64,000 nt of DNA, from contig CAVVOB010000013.1 of the NCBI GenBank assembly GCA_963749655.1, positions 224,001 through 288,000 on the forward strand, given 5' to 3'. The notes beneath the pieces are model-generated. The model did no database searches. It was not told the DNA's origin and was given only the letters and a program-made list of their open reading frames with translations. The stretch comes from Nitrospirota bacterium. Its GTDB lineage: Bacteria; Nitrospirota; UBA9217. Made by a program: the position numbers and the translations under genes. Of this stretch, positions 32,148 to 41,801 are shown piece after piece. Within the stretch, counting starts at the first letter, position 1, and every line of letters begins with the position of its first letter.

Positions 32148-32688
32148 CTATCTCGGCACGTCTGGGTACTGCTCGAATCGCTTTGCCAGCAGCGGGAGTT
32201 GATCGGCAAGCCATATCGTCTGCCTCGCGTTCTCAACGGTGATCTCGTCGCGTTTCTCGCCTACGGGCAGCTGCATGTCTTTCAACAGCTCATTCGTGCT
32301 TATAAGTTTCACTCCGCGTGAATAGATTTCGTCCACGTAGGAGGCTATTCCCGTATCGAACACCAGCGCAGCGTCCCGTGTACGGGACCTGAAGTCAGGA
32401 ATTCTTCTTTTCAGGTTGTTTTTGAAATAGTAGATCGACCTTCCACTGTCGTCGTAGATCTTCCCGGCGCCTCGCGGTGGGGATCTTCCGGTCCCCGGTC
32501 TCGCGCTGCGTTGCCGACATGACCAGGAGAAGAGCCAAAAATCCTGCGGCTGCTGCTGTTTTGCGGTATCTCATGGAAACCTCCTTCATGTTGTTCGTCC
32601 TCCGGGAGGAGCGGTAGATAAGGTACGTGACACCCAGTGTCAACAATGCCAGAAGGACTGTCTGGAGTATGTTCAGGAAGAGGAGCAT
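32148..32688 (-). CDS. Hypothetical membrane-anchored protein (probable frameshift near 32475)
   Basis: Hydrophobic N-terminal ORF joined to a frame reading KIYDDSGRSIYYF...YPDVPR. Confidence 0.45.
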
Positions 32689-32794
32689 GGCAATTGTCCG
32701 TGATCGGATGACTTAAGGCTACCAGTTCACCGTTCCTCTGTCAAGGTGCGGAATTGCGGACCTGTAGCGGACCCGTCAGGGGACCGGGAGACAA

Positions 32795-32826
32795 ACAAAG
32801 GGAGAGGCTTCCGCCTCTCCCTTTGT
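32795..32826 (-). terminator. Intrinsic terminator after the surface-protein gene
   Basis: ACAAAGGGAGAGGC-TTCC-GCCTCTCCCTTTGT. Confidence 0.8.
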
Positions 32827-32841
32827 GCTGAGACCTTATTG

Positions 32842-34983
32842 TCAATTCGTGGTGAACGTGAACACGTCGCTTTCCGTTACGCCGCCGTTCCCGTCACTGG
32901 CCACGACCTTCCAGTAGTACGTTGACGAAGTCTCCAGGCCGGTGACCTGCTTGGAAACCTCAGTGCCGGAGGACGTTGCAGGGGCTGACACGGTCGGCGC
33001 GCTGCATCCGACCAGCGCTGCGCCGGTCAGTACCAGGATCGCGGCGATGATGAGAAGCCGTTTCCTGTTACGGACAGTGCCTGCCAGGGCAACTCCGAAG
33101 AAGATGAAACCCATACCTGCGCCTGCATAGAACTTTCCGTTTGTCATGGACGGGGGCATCATATAGGCGATCTTCTCCGACGCGAAGTTGTTGTCATGGG
33201 AATAGTGCACTTCATAGCGGACTTCGTCGCCGTCCGGGTCCTCGGATCTTTCCCATCTCATGTCCACGGTCGTATCGCAATGCTCCTCGCGGTCAGCCGG
33301 GTGATGGAGCTTGAACTTGCCCGGGGGGTTGTTGTGGTGCGACGAAGCCGAGGTACCCGAGAGCTGGATCGTCACGGACTGCGTGTCGGGGTCGTCGGAC
33401 GGTATGTCGAAGCTATCGCTGAAGTTGCAGGAGGTCCCGGAGTCCGAGGAGCATCCGGAGGACGTGAAACGCACCGTAAGGGAGCACGTCTCACCTGCCG
33501 CAAGGGAGAGCCCGGAGCAGCCGTCGAACACGATGCTGAAGGGATCGGCCACGGGGTTTGCAGAACCGACCGTGCCGATGATCAGTGAGCTTCCGCCGTT
33601 GTTCGTGACCGTGACATACTGGTCGGTTGTTCTCCCGCTGCTTACCGATCCGTACGGGATGCTGAGATCGTCTGCGGGCGCAACCGTGTCCGCAATCGAT
33701 ATGTTGGCCACCGCTGTTGACGATCCGCTCCCGCTCACTGACAGGGTCACCGTCGATTGGGTCGAGTCGTTGCTCGGGATGTTGAAGCTGTCAGTAAAGG
33801 CACCTGTCGAAGACGGCGCAAATTCGATGGACAGCGTACAGCTCGACGCCGGCGCGATCGTCTGGTTCGAGCAGGTGTCGGTCTTGAGCGAGAAGGGTGC
33901 GGCAAGAGGATCCGTCGAGCCGATAGCGCCGATCACAAGGTTCGCATTCCCGTCGTTTTTAACGGTGACGGTCTGCGCAGCCGATGCGCCGGTCGTGACG
34001 GAGCCGAAGGGAAGCTGCAGATCCGTTGTCGGAGCTACGGAGTCGGTTATTGTAATACGCGGAGCCGTAGACTGTCCGCCGCTGCCGTTCACGCTTACCG
34101 TGACCGTGCTTTTCGCCGTGTCATTGCTCGGGATGCTGAAACTGTCGCTGGCGGCGCCCGCTACCGTCGGTGCAAATTCTACGGAAAGCGTGCAGGACGC
34201 GGCCGGCAGGATGGTCTGGTTCGAGCACGTGTCGTTTTTCAGCGAGAAGGGCGTGGCGAGAGGGTTCGCAGAACCGATGGCGCCGATCACAAGATTCGCA
34301 CTTCCGTCATTCTTGACCGTGACGGTCTGCGCTGCTGTTGTATTCGTCGTAATGGTTCCAAAAGGTATCTGCAGATCAGTTGTCGGGGCAACGGAATCGG
34401 TCACCGTGATGGATGGTGCTGTCGGAGGGGGCGTGCTTCCCGCCACGGTAAAGGAGAGGGCTACGAACTCTTCACCATGATCCGGGTTGTTGGGATCCGG
34501 ACGCCACTTCGTTCCGAAAAATGCGCCGGTTTTATCATACTGATTGCCGTACCAGGAAGCATAATAGGTGTAGGAGCCCGCCGCAGCAGGCGCTGCGGCC
34601 GTCAGGGTGATCGGAAAAGACGAACCTCCGCCGATGCCGCTCGGCCCGGTGCTGCGGGTGATCTCCACGCCGCCTGCTGCCGGATCACCACTGTACAGGA
34701 TGGCGCGCACCCAGCCCGAGCGGTAGCCGCCGTTGATCGTCACGCTCATGCTTTCTCCCGGCTGGTAGCTGGTTTTGTCCGTGGAGGCCGAGAGATTCAA
34801 GTCGCTTTTTGCAGAACTGGAATGCACCCCGTGGGCGTGGCACCCCGCACAGGTGGATACGGAATGGCAGCCTGAACAGTCGCTGGTAAACAGGCTCGAC
34901 GTGGCCCCTGCCGGTCCCGCATGTGCCAGGAACAGGAATGCGGCCAGCGCCGCGGCAATCAAGAAAATTTTTTTACCCTTCAT
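32842..34983 (-). CDS. Secreted diheme c surface protein: reeler-like domain, three choice-of-anchor D-like Ig repeats, split FN3 with internal lipobox
   Basis: Signal peptide, CSGCH and CAGCH, three repeats (ITDSVAP..IPFG..VTVKNDG..C..C..F.P..IPSND), C-terminal TM-RNRKR-TM-LVGC. Confidence 0.85.
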   Translation of the reverse strand: MKGKKIFLIAAALAAFLFLAHAGPAGATSSLFTSDCSGCHSVSTCAGCHAHGVHSSSAKSDLNLSASTDKTSYQPGESMSVTINGGYRSGWVRAILYSGDPAAGGVEITRSTGPSGIGGGSSFPITLTAAAPAAAGSYTYYASWYGNQYDKTGAFFGTKWRPDPNNPDHGEEFVALSFTVAGSTPPPTAPSITVTDSVAPTTDLQIPFGTITTNTTAAQTVTVKNDGSANLVIGAIGSANPLATPFSLKNDTCSNQTILPAASCTLSVEFAPTVAGAASDSFSIPSNDTAKSTVTVSVNGSGGQSTAPRITITDSVAPTTDLQLPFGSVTTGASAAQTVTVKNDGNANLVIGAIGSTDPLAAPFSLKTDTCSNQTIAPASSCTLSIEFAPSSTGAFTDSFNIPSNDSTQSTVTLSVSGSGSSTAVANISIADTVAPADDLSIPYGSVSSGRTTDQYVTVTNNGGSSLIIGTVGSANPVADPFSIVFDGCSGLSLAAGETCSLTVRFTSSGCSSDSGTSCNFSDSFDIPSDDPDTQSVTIQLSGTSASSHHNNPPGKFKLHHPADREEHCDTTVDMRWERSEDPDGDEVRYEVHYSHDNNFASEKIAYMMPPSMTNGKFYAGAGMGFIFFGVALAGTVRNRKRLLIIAAILVLTGAALVGCSAPTVSAPATSSGTEVSKQVTGLETSSTYYWKVVASDGNGGVTESDVFTFTTN

Positions 34984-35262
34984 TTTTGTACCTCCAGATA
35001 ATGTAGTATCGCAGCATGGTGCTGCTTTCCTGAATAACCGGCTTCACCGGCAAACAAGTCTCTTCTCAATGTGCTGAAACGGCGGACCCGCAGGACGTTC
35101 CTGTGCTGCGTCCGATTTCTGCGGACAATCCTTGCTGCTGATCCCTGAGGAGGGCAACCGGCAACAGGAGGTGCTTGGTTCCTTTTTGTTTCAATGATGC
35201 TCGATTCGCAGATGGGTAAAGGGAAGCGGGTACGAGACAACATGATCTTGCTGATCACGGAC

Positions 35263-35417
35263 AGTGGAGCCCCCTCCGGCATCCCGACTTGTCGGGACTA
35301 AAATTGACGCGACCTCCCGGAACTGCGAACTCGCGCATGCGTGACACGTTCGTGTCACGCGCGAGTGAGCGCTTTCCACCCGGCCGGAGCCGGGGGATGA
35401 AAAGGCGCGGGATTGCG
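35263..35417 (-). repeat. Structured non-coding element, copy A
   Basis: 63-nt and 37-nt blocks identical (reverse complement) to 54747-54949. Confidence 0.85.
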
Positions 35418-35441
35418 CTGCAGCAGTTGTCCCTCTATAAG

Positions 35442-35457
35442 AGCAAGGCGCGTGCCA
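35442..35457 (-). promoter_or_regulatory. sigma54 -24/-12 promoter
   Basis: TGGCAC-GCGCC-TTGCT consensus match. Confidence 0.8.
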
Positions 35458-35988
35458 TAAGTCGGATTTTGCGTCATCTCATTGATTCCGGGGGGGTAGT
35501 AGAGCTTCAGGACATACCGACTGTTCAGAAAGTGTATGTATTTTCTATCAGGCGATAGTATGACGAAAGAGTTTTGAACGGCACTCAGGATCAAAAAATC
35601 AATCTGTTATGCTTTGTATGATTTTCACTTCAAATGACGGGCCTTCTCGCAGAATTGCTAAAAAACCATGGTCGGCAGTTACGAACCTATTTCCAGCTAC
35701 GGGAAATATTTTCATAAACACTCGCTGCTGCGGAAAGTTTCAAAATAAAGCAGACTCTTCATTTGCCTGAGGATTCTTTTCCCGGCCTTCTTTCCTTGAC
35801 ATAATCTTTGTCTTCTGATAATTTTCCCCGTACCGAGAGCCTTTTCAGCGCGCCTTTCAAGGACCGGGAAGAACAGGCAGCGCAGGCTCGGCGCAACGCC
35901 GGACGAAATTTTCCGGAGCTTCGCTGGACGGCGAAGGTTTTTCCAGAATGCGGTCTTGCACATTACGAACCGGGGGGAGGGTCAAAAC

Positions 35989-36495
35989 ATGCAAGTGTCG
36001 AGAAGAATAATTTTTGTGCTGTTTGTTTTTGGCTGTCTGATGACGGTGCAGGCGTGCGGACCCAACAAATACCGGCTTGAACTGGAAACAAAAGGGGTCT
36101 CATTTACGTCAGACTCATTTTTTAAGGCCGTGAGCGCGGGCAGCTCCGACACGATCCGGCTGTTCATTCTCGGCGGGTTCAATGTGAATACGTGCAGAGA
36201 GTTGGATGGAGACATTCAGACCGTGATGCATGCGGCGATCCTGAAAAAGGACATGAAATTGGCCGCTTTTTTGCTCGATCACGGATATGACAGCAATGAA
36301 GAGACGTGCGGGGTAAAGACGCCTCCGCTGCACCTTGCGGCCATGCGCGGGCTCGTCGATATTTCGAAACTCTTGATCGAGCGCGGCGCTGATGTGAACA
36401 GAAAGGACCGGTCCGGCATGACTCCCCTCATGCTTGCGCAGCAGATGGGCCGCCCGGTCATGGAAAATTTCCTGCGGGCTCACGGAGCGAAATAA
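35989..36495 (+). CDS. Ankyrin-repeat lipoprotein
   Basis: Lipobox VQAC; PLHLAA, GADVN..G.TPL. Confidence 0.85.
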   Translation: MQVSRRIIFVLFVFGCLMTVQACGPNKYRLELETKGVSFTSDSFFKAVSAGSSDTIRLFILGGFNVNTCRELDGDIQTVMHAAILKKDMKLAAFLLDHGYDSNEETCGVKTPPLHLAAMRGLVDISKLLIERGADVNRKDRSGMTPLMLAQQMGRPVMENFLRAHGAK

Positions 36496-36745
36496 GCAAG
36501 GCAGCGGTCACTGGGTGGAGCGCTGACGAGGTGTGATATCCGGGAGGAAGGCATTGTGCTTTCCTCCCGTTTTTTTTGCCCCGGAGTTCATTTCCCGGTT
36601 GCAGGTTTGATGAAATCGCAGAAAGTCAATTTTTCACACGAAGGCACAAAGGCACAAAGCAGAGATCGGGCTGCAAACACAGGTGGGCGGCTTCATCAGT
36701 TCGCGGATTGCGGAGCAGGAGTTTTCCCCTGCAGGTGCAGTGAGA

Positions 36746-37798
36746 TCAGGTCTTCAGGCTTTTCCAATATTTTTTATGCACTGCGATGATGCGCTGGACG
36801 ACCTGCTCGGCAGCAGGAGCGGGGGCGCTGTCGAAGCGGGAAGCGTTCCGGCCGAGCAGCGCCTGGAGAACGGACCTGACGCCGCTTCGGAGGCCCTCGG
36901 GATGGTACCCGCCTTCCAGCGTGATCAGGACCTTTCCTCCGCAGGCAATCTCCGCGATATCCCGTACAAGGGAGGCAAGTGCGCCGAACCCTTCGTGGGT
37001 CACGGTCATGCCGCCGAGCGGGTCCTGGATAAAGGGATCGAAACCCGCGGACACGAGCACCAACTCCGGACGGAATTCAAGCGCAACAGGTTTGAGTATC
37101 CGGGAATAGACGTGGACATACTCGGCATCGCCGAACCCCGCAGGGAAGGGAGCGTTCACCGTATATCCTTCGCCTTCGTCGCTGCCGGCCTGGCCGAAGT
37201 CGCCGGAGCCGGGGTAATAGGGATACTGGTGAGAGGAAAAGAAAAGCACGGAAGGATCGTTGTAGAACGCCCGCTGCGTGCCGTTCCCGTGGTGGAGGTC
37301 CCAGTCCACGATAAGGATGCGCTTCAGGCCAAACTGTTTTTTCGCATAGGCAGCGGCGATCGCTACGTTATTGAAGAGGCAGAAGCCCATGCCCCGCGCC
37401 GGTTCGGCGTGGTGACCGGGAGGGCGGACGAAGGCGAACACCGAGTTTAGAGTTTCGAGTTTGGAGTTTTGAGTTTGAAACAGTGCGTCAACGCCGTTGA
37501 GCAGGCCGCCGGCTGCGAGGCGGGCGATTTCCCAGGACCGCGCAGAGAGGCCCGTATCCGCGTCGAGCCGGGAGTGCGCTCTTCCTTCGGTCAGGGCAAT
37601 GGCCCGGATGTAGGACCGGCCATGAACAAGCGCAAGTTCGTCTTCCACGGCCAGTCTCGGCAGCAGGACGGGGAGGTCGGAAAATTCTCTATCGATGAGA
37701 TCATGGATGACGCGCAGCCGGTCAGGGCTCTCGGGATGGTCGTCGCCGGCAACGTGTTCGAGGTATCGGTCGTCCCTGATGATCGCAAGAGGTGGCAT
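36746..37798 (-). CDS. HDAC-family (class II) deacetylase
   Basis: HPESPDRL, RPPGHH, GFCLFNN, DWDLHHGNGTQ, LEGGY. Confidence 0.93.
   Translation of the reverse strand: MPPLAIIRDDRYLEHVAGDDHPESPDRLRVIHDLIDREFSDLPVLLPRLAVEDELALVHGRSYIRAIALTEGRAHSRLDADTGLSARSWEIARLAAGGLLNGVDALFQTQNSKLETLNSVFAFVRPPGHHAEPARGMGFCLFNNVAIAAAYAKKQFGLKRILIVDWDLHHGNGTQRAFYNDPSVLFFSSHQYPYYPGSGDFGQAGSDEGEGYTVNAPFPAGFGDAEYVHVYSRILKPVALEFRPELVLVSAGFDPFIQDPLGGMTVTHEGFGALASLVRDIAEIACGGKVLITLEGGYHPEGLRSGVRSVLQALLGRNASRFDSAPAPAAEQVVQRIIAVHKKYWKSLKT
37443..37477 (+). repeat. (GAGTTTN)x5 heptamer array inside the HDAC CDS
   Basis: Five units encoding QTQNSKLETLN. Confidence 0.85.
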
Positions 37799-37900
37799 GG
37801 CATCGGGCCTCGAGGGTCGGGAAAAAGGAAGGACCTCCCCGGGTTCCGTCGGAGAGGCCCCTTGTCAGTGTTCGATTCCGCCGCGGTCCTTCGCGGCCTG

Positions 37901-38428
37901 TTATTTCTGGTCCCGAAACCGGGCGATGGGCGGTGGTGCCGCGGTTACATAATCCCTGATGCTGTACGCTTCGAGCCATTTTTGCAGCGCCGGCGGGTTC
38001 GGCAGCCTGGCTGGCAGCTTGGCCAGGGGCGCGCACACGGAGAGGACCGTCTTGACCAGGTCGGAGACGCTGAATTCGAGCACCGTCCTGGCGTTCGCCG
38101 GAGATGCGCCCGTGATCAGCATGCACTCGCGGTACCATCCGTCGCCGGGCGGCGAGAGGGACTGACAGTCGATCCCGGCGGCGGGTTTCGTGGCGTATCC
38201 GTTGGTCAGGGCGAAACCGGACACATCGGCCCGCATCTGCTGGAGGCCCTTGAAGGCCGGATTCGAGCAGATGCCCGCCTTGCCCCAGCACAGGGGGTCG
38301 AACCGGGTAGTGTTGATGCCGCTGCAGAACAGGTAGGTCTTCGGTCCCAGCTCAGGAGCCTGGCGGATGATGATGTACAGAAAATCGTTCTTGTACTCGT
38401 AGGAACTCACTCGTTGCATGGCATTCAT
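37901..38428 (-). CDS. Hypothetical protein
   Basis: 175-aa ORF co-oriented with its neighbours. Confidence 0.65.
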   Translation of the reverse strand: MNAMQRVSSYEYKNDFLYIIIRQAPELGPKTYLFCSGINTTRFDPLCWGKAGICSNPAFKGLQQMRADVSGFALTNGYATKPAAGIDCQSLSPPGDGWYRECMLITGASPANARTVLEFSVSDLVKTVLSVCAPLAKLPARLPNPPALQKWLEAYSIRDYVTAAPPPIARFRDQK

Positions 38429-38479
38429 GGTGCACCCCTTTGGCCGGGAGCATATGATCTCGATGTTGTTTGAAAGCCG

Positions 38480-38806
38480 CTATCTTCGTTTTTTGACCGT
38501 CTTCTTTACGCTCTTGGCGGGCGCCTTTTTCTTGGCGGGTTTCGCCTTGGCTTTTGCCTCATAGGCCTGCACTTTTTTCTTGAGCGCATCGATCTCCTGG
38601 TTCTGTCCCTGGAGCATCTGTTCAAGCTTCGCGTTGTCCTGTTTCAGCGTTTCCAATTCCTGCCGCGCCGCATCCCGTTCTGCCTTGGCCTTGTTCCCGG
38701 CATAGAGGCTCCAGACGAGCAGTATCGCGACGAGCGCTGCAAGGGAAAGGAAAATGAGCTTTGCTTTCTGGGTGTCGCTTTGGTCGGTCCGTTCCGGTCT
38801 GTCCAT
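38480..38806 (-). CDS. Single-pass coiled-coil protein with basic tail
   Basis: TM helix, heptads, Lys/Ala tail, AGGAG SD. Confidence 0.8.
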   Translation of the reverse strand: MDRPERTDQSDTQKAKLIFLSLAALVAILLVWSLYAGNKAKAERDAARQELETLKQDNAKLEQMLQGQNQEIDALKKKVQAYEAKAKAKPAKKKAPAKSVKKTVKKRR

Positions 38807-38976
38807 CGTTGTTTTACTTCCTCCTTATCTTATAGTGTAGTTGAAAAGTTCGCCGAGATTCAGTCGGGAATGATTTTTTTTACCGCACAGATGCCACGGG
38901 CGCGAAAGAAATCATGGACCGGGAATCATCGGGATAAACCCTTTGTTTCGCGCAGTGATGCCGGGACGGGGAAGGC

Positions 38977-39489
38977 TCATTCTTCGTAGCGTTGGACCTC
39001 AAAGCGGTAGAGCTCAACAGCGGTCCCCGGCGGGATTCCCGCCTTTTGCGTGGCGATGCTGATCTGGTAATCGACGGTGTCGACGCCCTCGAGGTCCGGC
39101 AGCAGCAGGCCGCGCCTGTTGCCGGCCTTTACGATGACGCCGTAGCGCCGCGGATCGAGTTCGCTTCGGTCGGCAACCTTTTCAGGAGGGGTCAGTACGT
39201 CGACGGTGTATTCTATCGTGTCCAGCTCGTCGGCCCGGATGCAGGAAAACCGCGGGTCGCAGGTCGCGGCGCTGATGGAATTGCGCACGGTTTCGTGGGC
39301 AATCGAGGGCTCCATGGGATGGAACGTGCCGATGCACCCGCGCAGGCTTCCCCTGATCTTGAGGCAGACGAACACTCCGGCGCGGCCGCTGAGTTCGGGC
39401 GGCAGTTCATCGCCGCGCACTTCATATATCTTTCCTGTCCTGATGTAGAGATCGACTGTGTCTTTGGCAAGCTTGACGAGGGGATGCAT
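38977..39489 (-). CDS. AMMECR1-family protein (AmmeMemoRadiSam protein A)
   Basis: GVFV, LRGCIGT, DPRF, GLLLPDL. Confidence 0.92.
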   Translation of the reverse strand: MHPLVKLAKDTVDLYIRTGKIYEVRGDELPPELSGRAGVFVCLKIRGSLRGCIGTFHPMEPSIAHETVRNSISAATCDPRFSCIRADELDTIEYTVDVLTPPEKVADRSELDPRRYGVIVKAGNRRGLLLPDLEGVDTVDYQISIATQKAGIPPGTAVELYRFEVQRYEE

Positions 39490-40472
39490 CACATCTCCCG
39501 CTGCACCACGTAGTCCGCAAGGGCCGAGAGCGCCTGGCGCGGCAATGAATCGGGAAAGACCGAGAGGGCGGCCTTGGCCTCGTTCGAGAACGTCTGGGCC
39601 ACGTCAAGGGCGTCGTTCACGGCTCCGTGCTTGGTCATCAAGCCGAGCGTATAGGTCAGATCGGCGTCGGCCATCTTTTCCGCCTGGAGCAGGCTCCTCA
39701 TGTGCGCCCGTTCGTCGTCGTCCGCTTTTCGCATCAGGTAAATGAGGGGCAGGGTGACCTTGCCTTCGGCGAGGTCCTTGCCCAGGGCCTTGCCGAGCTG
39801 CTTCTGGTCGGCGGCGTAATCGAGGGTGTCGTCGGTGATCTGGAAGGCGAGGCCCAGCTTCTTGCCGTAGGCGGTCAGGGCGTCCTCCTGCGAAAGCGGC
39901 GCCTTGCTGATGATGGCGCCGAGCCGGCACGACGCTGAGATGAGCACGCCGGTCTTGCATTCCACGAGCCGGAAGTAGTCCGCCTCCGTGATGTCCGCGT
40001 TCTGGATCTGCATCAGCTGGAGCACTTCGCCCTCGGACATGGTCGTCGTGGTCTCCGACAGTACGTCCATGACCCGCTGCTTCTGGAGCCTGACCGCATG
40101 ATAGAGCGCCTTGGAATACAGGTAGTCGCCCACGAGGATGCTGGCCTGGTTGCCCCAGAGCGAGTTTGCCGCGTCGCGGCCCCGGCGGATCTTGGCCTCA
40201 TCGACCACGTCATCATGGAGGAGCGAAGCCGTGTGGATGTATTCCACGACGCTTCCGAGAAGGTATTCCGCATCGTGCTCCCGGTACCCGCAGAGTCTTG
40301 CGGAAAGGAGATGGAGCAGGGGACGGAACCGCTTGCCGCCTGCGCCGAGGATGTATTTGCTGACCTGCTGGATGAGCGGAACGTCGGTGCCCAGGCTCTC
40401 ATGGATCCTGCGCTCCATGCGTTCCATATCGGATTTGTATTCTTTTAGGACGTCTTGGAGGGTCGTTATCAT
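39489..40472 (-). CDS. Polyprenyl diphosphate synthase (IspB-like)
   Basis: GGKRFRP, HDDVVD, RRG, FQITDDTLD. Confidence 0.94.
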   Translation of the reverse strand: MITTLQDVLKEYKSDMERMERRIHESLGTDVPLIQQVSKYILGAGGKRFRPLLHLLSARLCGYREHDAEYLLGSVVEYIHTASLLHDDVVDEAKIRRGRDAANSLWGNQASILVGDYLYSKALYHAVRLQKQRVMDVLSETTTTMSEGEVLQLMQIQNADITEADYFRLVECKTGVLISASCRLGAIISKAPLSQEDALTAYGKKLGLAFQITDDTLDYAADQKQLGKALGKDLAEGKVTLPLIYLMRKADDDERAHMRSLLQAEKMADADLTYTLGLMTKHGAVNDALDVAQTFSNEAKAALSVFPDSLPRQALSALADYVVQREM

Positions 40473-40499
40473 GACGATAATCTCGTGTGCTCTAGAGAA

Positions 40500-40528
40500 A
40501 TAATAGGGGAGAAGAGAGGCAAAGTCAA
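40500..40528 (-). promoter_or_regulatory. sigma70 promoter
   Basis: TTGACT-17-TATTAT. Confidence 0.65.
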
Positions 40529-40555
40529 GCGGTTTTCCGACGGCAAACCGCTTGA

Positions 40556-40753
40556 AATGCGGAATTCGGAACGGTTGACGAGAAATGCGGAATGCGGAAT
40601 GCGGAATTCGGAATAAACTCCGGGAATCAGTCATTGATAATCAGCGATGAATGCAAAGTGATCGTTGCATCGGATTCGTAAGCTTCTGTTTTGCCGTCCG
40701 CGAAACGGGAAGCGTGATCAAAATTCCGCATTCCGCATTCGCCATTCCGCATT
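40556..40753. repeat. Facing heptamer arrays (TGCGGAA)n ... (TTCCGCA)n
   Basis: Arrays at about 40556-40614 and 40721-40753 in opposite orientation. Confidence 0.85.
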
Positions 40754-40757
40754 TAAA

Positions 40758-41741
40758 TCACAGCTTCATCGCTTCGTTTGCCTCGGCCAACGTTTGCTGA
40801 GCCACAGTGCGGGCCTTCCTCGATCCTTCCGCAATGATTTCGGCGACCTTCTCGGGATGTGCGGAAAGCTCCTTGCGTTTTTCCTGGATGGGCCTGAGAT
40901 AGGCGAGGAGGTGCTTCAGGAGCTCGCGTTTGTCGTCAACGCAGCCGATGCCCGCGCGGCGGCATTCCACGTTGACGTGGTCGCACCATTCCTTGGGGGC
41001 GAAGATGCGGTCGAGCGTGAAGAGGGGGCAGACATCGGGGTTCCCCGGGTCCTGCCTCCGGACGCGCGCAGGGTCGGTGACCATGGCCATGACCTTTTTA
41101 GTGATCTCCTCGGGCGAATCGGAGAGGTAGAGGCAGTTGTTGTAGCTCTTGCTCATCTTGCGGCCGTCGGTGCCGGGAAGCTTCGGGTATTCGGTCATGA
41201 GGGGCTGGGGTTCGGGGAACACTTCGCCGTAGAACTGGTTGAAGCGGCGGCAGATTTCGCGCGAGAGCTCCAGATGCGGCAGCTGGTCGACTCCCACAGG
41301 CACGAAATGGGCCTTGTAGATCAGGATATCGGCGGCCTGCAGCACGGGATAGCCCAGGAAGCCGTAGGTGTTCATTTCCCGGTCCTGGATCTGCTCCATC
41401 TTTTCCTTGTACGTGGGCACCCGTTCGAGCCAGGGAAGCGGCGTGGACATGGACAGGAGCACATGGAGCACGGCGTGCTCCGGGACATGGGACTGCTGGA
41501 AGAGCACGCACTTCTCCGGGTCGAGCCCGGCGGCGAGCCAGTTGATCACCATCTCGCGCACGAACGTCCGGATGTTCGAGGTGTCCGCGTAGTTCGTGGT
41601 GAGGGCGTGCCAGTCGGCGATGAAGTAATAGCACTCGTACTGGTCCTGGAGCTTTCTCCAGTTGTCGAGTGCCCCCATGAGGTTGCCGAGATGGAGCAGC
41701 CCGCTGGGCTGCATGCCGCTGAGGACGCGTTTCCTGGTCAT
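40758..41741 (-). CDS. trpS: Tryptophan--tRNA ligase
   Basis: SGMQPSG..HLGN, YPVLQAADIL, VPVGVDQ, KMSKS. Confidence 0.97.
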   Translation of the reverse strand: MTRKRVLSGMQPSGLLHLGNLMGALDNWRKLQDQYECYYFIADWHALTTNYADTSNIRTFVREMVINWLAAGLDPEKCVLFQQSHVPEHAVLHVLLSMSTPLPWLERVPTYKEKMEQIQDREMNTYGFLGYPVLQAADILIYKAHFVPVGVDQLPHLELSREICRRFNQFYGEVFPEPQPLMTEYPKLPGTDGRKMSKSYNNCLYLSDSPEEITKKVMAMVTDPARVRRQDPGNPDVCPLFTLDRIFAPKEWCDHVNVECRRAGIGCVDDKRELLKHLLAYLRPIQEKRKELSAHPEKVAEIIAEGSRKARTVAQQTLAEANEAMKL

Positions 41742-41801
41742 AAGTCCGCCGATCAGGGTCTCCTGCGCCGGCCGCGGTCCGCTGCTGCGCCGGCAAGGTT
41801 C

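Noticed and set aside
35465-35500. c-di-GMP-I riboswitch suggested by GACGCAAA on the minus strand
   Set aside because: No P1 GNRA stem, and it lies upstream of the sigma54 promoter
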